From Rebecca billardiae RCC1528 (taxonomy: Eukaryota > Protista > Haptophyta), in contig OZ251222.1 of assembly GCA_965240325.2 (NCBI GenBank), positions 620,001 through 684,000 of the forward strand: a DNA stretch of 64,000 nucleotides, read 5' to 3'. The notes beneath the pieces were generated by a model. It was not told where the DNA came from, did no database searches, and saw only the letters and a program-made list of their open reading frames with translations. A program made the position numbers and the translations under genes. The first letter of the stretch is position 1. Every line of letters begins with the position of its first letter. Shown in pieces: positions 53,865 to 64,000 of this stretch.

Positions 53865-55316
53865 TTACATCACGACGGGCCGCGCAGCCGCACCCGCGCG
53901 CTTCTTAAAGTCCTTGATGCGCAGCCGCGCCTCGTTGACCACCTGCTCGCTGCCCCGCAGCACGAGCTTGCACGCACGCGGGTCGGCCGAGTCGCGGTGG
54001 TGCCACAGCAGCACGCCCGAGGCGCGCGCGTACTCGAGCTGGTCGTCGAAGAGCTCGTGGGAGTCGAACTGGCTCAGGTAGTAGGCGTCGTGGCACGTGT
54101 AGCGCTCGAGCTCGCGCTCCCACAGCCGCACCTGGTCGAAGACCGTCTGCGCCTTGTCGCGCTCGTCCGCCGGTCGCGCGCGCACCTCGGGGTGCGCGCC
54201 GCGCGCGAGGAAGCCGATGATGTCCGCCGCGCGCAGGCCGTGCTCCTTGATCGCCAGCTGCACCTGCTCGCGGCTGATGCTCGCGACGATCACGTCTGGC
54301 AGCACGCAGCGCAGCCGGAGGAAGAGCGCGAGCACCTCGCGCAGCGCGGCCGAGGTCGTGTAGCAGTACACGCGGAAGTTGGACTCGACGATCGTCTGCC
54401 CGTACTCGCGCGCGGCGTCGGCGAGCGCGGCGGAGGAAATGATGGCCGACGCCAGGTGCGTCGGGTAGAAGCTCTTCGACTTGGTCGGGTTGCGCACGTG
54501 CACGATGCCGAGATTGTGCAGCTCGCACAGCAGCGGCCGGTGCGCCTCCTCCACCGAGTAGCCCTGCCCGCACCGCTTGTGCGAGAGCTCGAGCATGAAG
54601 GCGAGCTTGCGCTCGTCGTCGCCGATGTACACCTGCAGAATGTGCCACACCTGCGCCGACAGCTCCTGCAGCACGAACTGCGCGCCGAGGCGCGACATGG
54701 CCCAGTACGGCTCGCCGCGCGTCGCGTCGTCGCCGTCCGCCTCGTCATCCGAGTCCGGCGTGAGGTAGCGCACCTCGAGCAGCTGCGCGGGGTAGAGCAG
54801 CTGCTCGGGAAGGTTGAACGGCGGAGGGGTAGCCTCGTACCGCGCGTACCACAGGTCCGTGCGCACGATGCACAGGAGCAGCTCGTCCCAGCGCTCGGTC
54901 GCGTGCCGGCGGAGCGCGTCAGCAGAGGGCGTGTGCTTGTCGGGCGGCTTGGGCTGCTGCGGCTGCACGCCGCGCATCAGACCGGCCAGCTGCTTGCTGA
55001 ACTCGGTGTCGAGACAAAGCGCGCGTGTTGACGGCTCCTCCTCGCCCACCTCTACGAGGATCGCCAAGTCGAGCAGCCAGCGCTGCGCAGCCGCATGCGC
55101 GTCGCTGTCGCTCGCCCAGCGCTCCACCGCGTGCACCGGGACGGGCTGCCCGTCGAGCAGCGCAAGGCGGAGCGCGTACTGTCTCGCCAGCGGCGGGAGC
55201 GCGCGCAGCACGGCCTCGCACGTCCACGGGTTCTCGTACAGCCGTCGCAGGCGGCCGCGTGGCTGCTGGATGAGGTAGTTCACAAGGGGGCTCGAGCTCG
55301 GCGCGTCGTCCGCCAT
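53865..55316 (-). CDS. GTF2H4: TFIIH subunit p52 (Tfb2)
   Basis: LYENPWTCEAVLRALPPLARQYALRL, FYPTHLA, IVESNFRVYCYT, ADIIGFL..AHP and TVFDQVRLWERE..R. Confidence 0.93.
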   Translation of the reverse strand: MADDAPSSSPLVNYLIQQPRGRLRRLYENPWTCEAVLRALPPLARQYALRLALLDGQPVPVHAVERWASDSDAHAAAQRWLLDLAILVEVGEEEPSTRALCLDTEFSKQLAGLMRGVQPQQPKPPDKHTPSADALRRHATERWDELLLCIVRTDLWYARYEATPPPFNLPEQLLYPAQLLEVRYLTPDSDDEADGDDATRGEPYWAMSRLGAQFVLQELSAQVWHILQVYIGDDERKLAFMLELSHKRCGQGYSVEEAHRPLLCELHNLGIVHVRNPTKSKSFYPTHLASAIISSAALADAAREYGQTIVESNFRVYCYTTSAALREVLALFLRLRCVLPDVIVASISREQVQLAIKEHGLRAADIIGFLARGAHPEVRARPADERDKAQTVFDQVRLWERELERYTCHDAYYLSQFDSHELFDDQLEYARASGVLLWHHRDSADPRACKLVLRGSEQVVNEARLRIKDFKKRAGAAARPVVM

Positions 55317-55343
55317 GCTGTGACGCCCGGCCGGGAGTAATAA

Positions 55344-56134
<791 letters not shown>

Positions 56135-56723
56135 GTCCGAGAGAGCGTGGCAGGGCGTGCACTTCCGTTCATACACTTCAGATCCATTCGCCGCGCGGGC
56201 AGAGCCGTGCCTCTGGCATGGCATCGCCATCATGACATCGACGCGGACCGTCACACCGTGCGGTCGGCGTCTGCGGAGTGCGGACCGTGACCGGTGACGC
56301 CGGGCGGCGCGTCATCGCGCATTCGCAGGCTCCGCGCCGGAGCTTGACGTGTTGAGGCCGCTGCCATCGATGGGCCGGCCGATACCCTCACGCTGTACCC
56401 GTAGGCATGCTATTCTCTGTTGTGTCACGGATCAAAGTCTTTCCGACTGCTAAGCACTGAGGCTGTAGTACGTATCATTATGTGTACTTAGTACCGTATC
56501 ATAGTTCTTTCTCACCGGCCCATGGTTGCTCATGGACGAGCCGCGAATAACTACGACTGCTGATCAACCGGAAATCAACGACCCCAAAATGACGCGAGAT
56601 TGTTTTTTTTTTAAAGAATTCCGCCCGACAGAGTCCGACACGCGTGCGGAGGCCGGAGAGGCGGCACGCAATTCACCTGCGCGCGTGTTTGAGCTTGACG
56701 ATGCGCGCCACGCGGTGTCGGCG

Positions 56724-58392
56724 ATGCGGCTAGCGTGGGCGCTCTTGTTGACATCGTGGGCGAGCAGCTCTGTTTCCGCCGCGGGCGCGCGGGAACCCAG
56801 AGCATGTCCTCCCAGCCGTGACGCCACGGCCGCAGCAGCGTTTCCGCCGCGCAGTGTGCGGCAACCCCGCGGCTGGCGCCGGCTCGTGCGAGCGGGGGCC
56901 CTGCCTCTCGTCACCGCCGCGCGCGGAGGGCAGCTGCCGACACCGGCCCCGCCGCCGTTCCGAGTCTGGTCCCCGCCACCCGTCTCCACGCCTCCACCCC
57001 CGCCCCCACCGCCCGGACCTGGTGGCGGTGATGGTCCGGACGGCCGGCGTCCCGGCCTCCCGTTCATGGGCATGCTGCGACGGAATCGAGGGCCGCAGCC
57101 GCGGATCGTGCGGCGCAATCTGCTGGTCGCGTACATGTTCTGGTTCCTGAGCCTGTTCGGCACATTTGGGCTGCATCACATCTACCTCGACAACCAGGCG
57201 ACTGCCTACCTGCGCAGGTGCGCGCGCGAGCCGAGCGCGTGCGGCGCGGCGGATCGATTGCGTGGGCTGACGCGGGCGAGCCCCCCTCCCTCCGCTCCGT
57301 GCGCGCGGTCGCAGCCTGACGTTCGGCGGCCTGGGTGGGCTCGGCGTGCTCTCCGACCTGCTGAGCATGCATCGGCTCGTCGCCGTGCGCAACGGCCGCA
57401 GACGCCCGGCGCTGCCCGCGCGCGACACAGTGCGATTCTACTTGTCGCGCTGCTGCGACGGCTACTTGGGCGCGACGCTGCTCGGCCGGCCGTTCGCCGC
57501 GATCACCGCCCTGCCCGAGCACGTGTGCAAGCTCGCGGGCTGCGCGATCGGCACGTCGCTCTCGAGCATCTCGCAGGGCTTCCTCCCGTCGCGCGCGGCG
57601 CTCGCGGGCACGGCGCTCGTCCTCGTCGCGCTGGCGGTCGCCGAAGTGCTCACGGACGCGCGGCGCACGGCCGCGGCCGACCTCCTGCTGCACCTGGCGC
57701 ACAGCGCCACCGTGCCGTTCGTGCTGCTGCACGCGCGGCTGGTCGGCCGGCCGGTGCCGATGTCCGCCCTCCGCTCCACACGCGCCCGCCGCGCGCCCGC
57801 CTTCGCCCTCAGCCTCGCGCGGTACAGCCTGAGTGTGTGCGCGTACTGGCTGCTACTGTTGTACGGCTCAGACAACATCGTCGCCATCGAGGTCTACATG
57901 CCGGGGAAGGAGACGCTCCGGCTGTCGGTCGGCCGGTTCCTTCTGCGCATGGCGCGCGTCTCCACCCTCTCCGCCGCGGCCGAGTGGCTGCGCGGCGCCC
58001 TCCGGCCGGGCGCCACGCCCCGGCCGATGCTGCACTTTGTGCGCCAGGCCATCCAGGAGGTGTACGGCCCTTTTTCGCAGCTGTGCGCCACGCTGGTCGG
58101 GCTCGAGGCGACGCGCTCGGGCCGCGAGCTGCCGCGCTTCTGCTGCTCGGCTGCGGACTTTGGCGAGCGCGAGCGCGCCCTCCGGCCGTCCGACGCGCGC
58201 CGCATCCTCGGCGTCGGGCCGCTCGCCAACGCCGCGGCCATCCGCAAGGCGTACCGCAAGCTCGCGCTCAGGTACCACCCAGACAAGCTGAGCTCGCAGG
58301 GCGAGCGCGCGCGCGCGGTGGCCGAGCGCGAGTTCCTCCGCGTGCAGCAGGCGTACCAGCTCCTCACGGACCGCGGCAAAGGCGACGCCTGA
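56724..58392 (+). CDS. TM2-domain + C-terminal J-domain protein (DNAJC22/Wurst-like), 2 exons
   Basis: TM2 motif AYMFW...FGLHHIYL...SLTFGG.G.G...D spans the intron at 57218-57314. The J-domain reads IRKAYRKLALRYHPDK...FLRVQQAYQLL. Confidence 0.82.
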
Positions 58393-58689
58393 TCGCAGGG
58401 ACGATCCTCGAGGGCGTGTCGCCCATGTGCTGCGCGCTCTCATCATCAACCACCAACGTCGCGATGGGCCGCCCGCCGCCGCAGTATTGAGAGTCTGACT
58501 ACTAAGACTGTCGAGTTTCCGAATGTCCGAATGACAGCGACCGCGACGGTGACGGTGTACGGCGCAGCTGGATGCCAGTCATCAGCCTGACAGTCATGCA
58601 GCAGCAGTGACTGCTACTCTTGGCACACGCGGGAGGCTGCTCGGTGTCATGCAGCACTTTATTGAATAAATTAATAATAAATTATTGTA

Positions 58690-58693
<4 letters not shown>

Positions 58694-58764
<71 letters not shown>

Positions 58765-58850
58765 CAGAGAGTGTCAGAGAGAGTGTGTGCTGTGTGTGAT
58801 GTGTGTGTGTGAGCGAGAAGAGAGAGAGAGAGATCAGCAGACGAGAGAGA
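58694..58850. repeat. (AG)n microsatellite with (TG)n/(AG)n tail
   Basis: Direct observation. Confidence 0.95.
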
Positions 58851-59316
58851 GTCAATAATCACGGACTCCGCTCTGATCTGCCGAATACTTCGCGGCGCGG
58901 TTGTTAACGCGAGACGACTTTTACTTACGAATTATTAGACGACGAGTCGTCGACCGGACTGCTACTACCAGCGTAGACGAGACTCGAGGTCGGGAGTAGC
59001 AGCGCGCAGATCGACCATGACGGCAGACGAGATTACGACTGTCTACTGATTAGGATCGCGCGCCGTCAGCGTGTTATTCGTCGTCATCATCGTCGCGGCA
59101 GACTCGGACCCGGCCGGCCGCATGCAGCTAGCTAGTGACATCAGACCGTGATGGCGCTGATGACAAGTAGATTATTGGTTGTGCTCTGTCTTCTGTCTGC
59201 TGACCATCGATGGCGGTCGAGTTGAATATCTCCTTCGGAATCTTGATCTTCATCACGGGTCACGGGTCGAGCGACACGCTTCTCATGTAGCTAGCTCGAT
59301 CCTCCTCCTCGGACGA

Positions 59317-59877
59317 TCAGCAGGCCGCCCGCACAGCAGGCGAACGCTCACGCTCAATCTTGCGCGACGGTGACAGAGCTGGAGAAGACGTGCGCTGCTG
59401 GAAGTCATTACTCGTGCTCGAGGTGATCGAGTTGTTGCGGGTTGAGGCGGCTGACGGCAACTCGGGTGTTGATGGGTGCTCGATGAGGTCATCGCGTGTG
59501 CGGCCATCCGCGGCGAATGCGTGGATGGCCTCAATCAGCTCCAGGTCCGGCGTGGTTCGCGGCTGGATAGCGATTTGACGCTGTGTGGCAGGGCCACAGA
59601 TCCCGTTGGGAGGACCGCCGCCCCTCGGTGTCACGGGCGGAGCGGGGGGCACAACCGTGACGCGTTGCGAGAAAAAAAGTGCCGGTGCGCGGCCAAACGA
59701 GCGCGAGGATCGCGACGGGATGCTGGATGAGCTTGTATTAGTGGAGTTCTCCTCTCCGTTGTCTTCGTCTGATTGCCGAAGAGGCGCCGACTCGCTCTCC
59801 GAGATCGTCAGCCCGGCAAGCTCGGGCAGCTTCGGCAAGTCTCCGCCCATGCCGCGGTGCTCGGACGGGTTCGACAT
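59317..59877 (-). CDS. Hypothetical low-complexity protein
   Basis: ATG-initiated 186-aa ORF positioned head-to-head with VPS13. Its codon bias is weaker than its neighbours' and its 3' end is uncertain. Confidence 0.35.
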   Translation of the reverse strand: MSNPSEHRGMGGDLPKLPELAGLTISESESAPLRQSDEDNGEENSTNTSSSSIPSRSSRSFGRAPALFFSQRVTVVPPAPPVTPRGGGPPNGICGPATQRQIAIQPRTTPDLELIEAIHAFAADGRTRDDLIEHPSTPELPSAASTRNNSITSSTSNDFQQRTSSPALSPSRKIERERSPAVRAAC

Positions 59878-60136
59878 CGTCGCCGAACACGCGGAGAAGG
59901 TCCACCAAGCATGCTCGCAAAGAGGCAGAATCTAACGGGATCAACAACCTTACAACCGGGGGCCGAGGAATTCATAGTCAAAGCTGCGACAAAAGCATGC
60001 GCAAGTTTTACACTTTGGTGGTATCATCATTTTCCCGCGTCATCATCGTCGCAGAGCTCCCGGACTGGTTCTACCAGGTTGGCTCCGGAGCCCGGGGCAG
60101 CAAGCACGCCCGGCCGCGTCCGCGCCCGACGGCGCC

Positions 60137-60863
60137 ATGCTCGAGGGGCTGGCGCTGGCGCTGCTCGACCGCGCGCTGGGCAAGTACGTGAAGGGCATCG
60201 ACTCGGACTCGCTCAAGATCGCCATCTGGTCGGGCCAGATCGTCCTCGAGTCGCTCGAGCTCAAGCGCGAGGCGCTCTTCGAGCTGGGCCTTCCGATCAA
60301 CATCCAGGCAGGCTACATTGGCCGCGTCGAGGCGACCGTGCCGTGGACGAGGCTGGGCTCGGAGCCGATCAAGGTGAGCATCGAGAACGTGCACTTCGTC
60401 GCGACGCCCATCGATAGGGCCTCGTGGGACGAGGAGACGCGCGCCACCTGGGCGTGGTCGCGCAAGCGCGCGGAGGTCGGGGCGTTGGAGGCGCTGCGCG
60501 CGCAGGTGGAGGCGGCGGCAGCGGCGGCGGCGGCGGCGGCGGGCGCGCCGGCGTCCGAGGCGTCGGCGGCGCCGACCGACGCGTCGCTGCTGAGCAAGGT
60601 GCTCGCCAACCTCGAGCTCACGCTGCGCGGCGTGCACGTGCGGTACGAGGACGCGCTGACCGGTGCGGCGCCCGGCGACTCGAGCGCGCCCTTCGCTGCA
60701 GGCGTCACGCTGGCGCAGGTGCGGGTGCACTCGGCGGACGCGTCGTGGCGGCCGGCGTTCAGCACGGACCCGTCGCTGCAGCGTAAGCGCGTCGTCGTCG
60801 ACGGGCTGCGCGTCTACTGGCAGGCCTCCGTGCCGCCGGGCCAGCTGATTGCAACGTGTGGCG

Positions 60864-60895
<32 letters not shown>

Positions 60896-62839
60896 ACCTG
60901 CGACGGCGGCGCCAGCGGCGCCGGTGTGGCGGCCGCGCCGACGGCCGCGGGCAGCGCGGGCAGCGCGCGTGCGGCGAGCGTACGCGGCGCGCTCAACGCG
61001 CTCGACGTCGACCCTGCCGACTCGCTCCTCCTCCCCGTGAGTGTTGCGCTCAACCTCACGCTTGATGCCAACGCGGACGCGGCCGCAGGCGTGCCTCGAG
61101 TGCACGCGCGCGCGCAGGCGGCTCGGCTCGCGCTGCGGCTCTCGCGCGAGCAGTACGCGGGCGCGGTGCGCGCGCTGGCGCGGATCGCCGAGTTCGACGA
61201 CGGCCTCCGCCACCGGCGCACGCCGGCGTCGGGCACCGCCGCGCGCCCGCGCGGCCGCGTGCGCGCCGGCGCGAGCGCGCGCCAGTGGTGGGCGTACGCA
61301 CTTGCTAGGGTCTCACCCGCGGCCTTCACCGCGACGCGCCGTTGGAACTTCGGGTTCAGCGGCGCGAGCCTGGGCGCGCGGCGCGCGGCGCGGCTGGAGT
61401 ACATGGCCCTGCACGCGCGCGCGGCGGAGGCGCAGACCGAGCGCGGCGCCGCGCTCTCCGCCGCCGACGACGCGCGGCTCCGCCAGCTCGAGCGCCACGA
61501 GCTGGCGGTCGAAGACATCGCGTTGTGGCGACACCTGGCGAGCCTCGAGCTGAGGCGCGCGGCGGCGGCGCGCGCGGACAGGCGCGCCAAGGCGGGCGGG
61601 GGCGGCGGGGGCGGCGGCGGCGCGCGGGGCGGCGGCGGGCTGCTCGGCAGGTGGTGGCGCGGCGCGGTCGCCGACGGCGCCGACGCCGCCGGCGCGAGCG
61701 AGGCCGAGGCCGCGCAGCTGCGCGCGCTCGCCGAAGATGACAACGCGTCGTTGCTCGAGGCGGTGAGTGGCAAGGAGCGCGCCGCGCTCGCCAACATGGT
61801 CGACTTGAACTTTGAGAAGGCGGCGAAGGGCGCGGCGGACGGCGGGGGCTCGGGCGGCGTGCCGCCGCGGTACGCGCACACCCGCTTCGAGGCCGCGCTC
61901 GACGTGTTCGAGCTCGTCCTCGCCGACCGCGCCGCCGGCGCCGCGGCGGCCGCGGCGGCGGCCGCCGCCGGCGTTGCGAGCGGGCGATCGATTGACGCGG
62001 ACGCGGCGAGTGAGGTGCTTCGCATCCACGCGGCGGAGCTGCGGCTGGGGCTCGCGCGGCGCATCGACCGCTCGTCCTCGCTGCGCGGCACCCTCGCCGC
62101 GCTCGAGGCGCACAACCCCGACCCGGCCGTGCACGAGGCGTTCGTCCGAGTCGTGAGCGACGGCGGCGCGAGACGCCGGGACGCGTCGCAGCCGCCGTCG
62201 CCGCGCCGCGCCGCGACGCCGCGCGCGCCCGGCGCGCCGCACGGCGGCGGCAGCGCGGAGTGGGAGGTGGAGTACGAGTGGGGGCTGCCGCCCGCCGGGA
62301 GCGCGGCCGCGCGGCGCGGCAGCGCCTCCGGAAGCGACACCTCCGATCCGGACCCCGAGCGCGCGCCGCCGCCGCCGCCGCCGCCCAATCCCGCCGTGGC
62401 CGCGGCCGCGTGTCAGGAGGAGGACACCGGCGGGCGCGCGCACTCGGCGCTGCGCGTGGCTGTGCGCTCGCCGCTGCACTTCGTCGCGTCGCCGGCGCTC
62501 GGCGCGCGGCTGCTCGGCTTCTTCAGCGTCGCCGGCGCCGCCGAGCAGGCGGCGATGCAGGCGCTGGTCAGCTCGCAGCTCGAGGCGCTCTCCTCGTGGC
62601 GCGACCGCGCGCTCGCCGAGCTGCTGGCGCGCCGCACGCAGCTGGCGGTCGACGTGCGCGTGCGCGCGCCGCGCGTGCTGCTGCCGGCGGACGAGCGCGA
62701 CGCGCGGTGCGCGCTGCTCGTGCTCGACTTGGGCCACCTCTCGGCGCGCTCGTCCGAGCTCGGCGGCGGTGCGGGCGGCGTTGGCGGCGGCGGCGGCGGC
62801 GGCGGCGTTGGCGGCGGCGGCGGCGTTGGCGGCGGCGGC

Positions 62840-62877
<38 letters not shown>

Positions 62878-63489
62878 CGGCGCATCCCTCCGGCGCGCGC
62901 CCACGGTGGACTGGGGGTGCGCCGAGCTCGGCGCCGAGCTCGGCGGAGATCTCGGCGGAGAGATCGACCTGGGCGCCATCGAGCTGTACGACCGCTTCTC
63001 GCTCTCGGTGCGCCGCGTGTGCGTGCTGCTCAAGCGCAAGGGCGCGGCACCGCCAGAGTTGCTCGGGCCAGCGGGTGACGGCGCCGCTGCGGACGACGCG
63101 GGGCACGGCAGCCTAGACGAGCTGGCCGCCGGCGGCGAGCGGCTGCTGCACCGGCTGGACGTGCGGGTGGGCGCGGCGGTGTGCGTCTCCGCGACGCTCT
63201 CGCCGCAGCTGCCGCAGTACGTGGCGCGCGCGGCGCTGAGCGCGGACGCGGACGCGGACGGCGGCGGGCCGAGCCCGCCGCCGCCGCCGCGGCGCGCGGA
63301 CGGCGGCGCGGACGGTGGCGCGCCGCTGCAGCTGCGCATTTCGAGCGCGCAGCTCAGCGAGGTGACCGCCATCCTGAGCGCCGCGCTCGAGCCGTATGCC
63401 GCGCTCTCCGTGGCGGCGGCGCCGCCGCCGCCGGCCGCGGCCGTCCCTGCGGGGCCGGGCTGGGCCGAGCCGGCAGCGGTCGGAGCGCA

Positions 63490-63528
<39 letters not shown>

Positions 63529-64000
63529 GCCACCGCCACCGTCGATCGCTCTCGAGCTCGCGGCCGCCGAGAGCACCGCCGCCGCCACGCCGCAGCCTGC
63601 CGAGATCGGCGACTCGCCGGGCGCGCTCCTGCTGCTGACGATCACGGTGCCGGCGCTGGCGCTGCACCTCGCCGACGGCGCGTCCGTGCCCGAGGGCGGC
63701 GGCGCGCCGGCCGGGCCCGCCGACAGCGCGCAGGCGCCGCTGGCTCTGGTGCGCGCGCGCGGCATCGAGCTGCGCGCGCGCGCCGAGCGCGCGGGCGGCG
63801 GCACGCGCCTGCAGTTCCGGCTCGCCTCGCTCGGCATCGTGAACGAGCGCGTGGCAGAGGGCGCGCCGACGCGGCTGCTCGTGCGCTCGCACGACGAGTC
63901 AGACTCCGACGCGGCGGCGGCGGGCGGCGCGCCCGATCTCGTCCTGATCTCGTATGCCACCGGCGGGGCCGTGAACTCACTCGCGGACGCGCACGCGGCG
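60137..64000 (+). CDS. VPS13: VPS13-family lipid-transfer protein, 5' part (runs off the window; absent from the ORF track)
   Basis: Chorein-N reads MLEGLALALLDRALGKYVKGIDSDSLKIAIWSGQIVLESLELK...VPWTRLGSEPIKVSIE. It is followed by NLELTLRGVHVRYED, ARQWWAYA and APRVLLP...LVLDLGHL. Confidence 0.92.

Overview
This is eukaryotic nuclear DNA, very GC-rich (roughly 70% by eye). Genes are compact, the short introns mostly read GTGCGC...CAG, and proteins are padded with Ala/Gly/Pro. This style fits a haptophyte such as Diacronema (Pavlova) lutheri, which is an inference. About 24 protein-coding genes can be read, many as head-to-head pairs. They include an EMI1/DUF3128-like gene, MIOS (GATOR2), an F-box/RCC1 protein, TTI1, U2AF1, DDX10/DBP4, a Dabb barrel protein, WDR3/UTP12, a LYPLAL1-like thioesterase, a multi-TM TIR/HET-like protein, a divergent GT61, SAE1, an HSL-family esterase, TFIIH p52, ATG8, a DNAJC22-like protein and the 5' part of a VPS13. 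Four things stand out. (1) A ~2,620-aa type-I membrane protein carries six tandem domains resembling the coral skeletal SAARP/CARP4 core, without the coral Asp-rich inserts, joined by extensin-like Ser-Pro rods. (2) A recent 1,054-bp foldback element with 425-bp TIRs and a 5-bp TSD interrupts the 5' coding region of the esterase. (3) A 447-bp MITE-like element has 14-bp TIRs and an unusually long (~17-bp) flanking direct repeat that duplicates a gene's stop codon. (4) A membrane-anchored TIR/HET-like protein retains the catalytic Glu. I saw no rRNA, tRNA or CRISPR. All family assignments come from motif recognition by eye, not from database searches.
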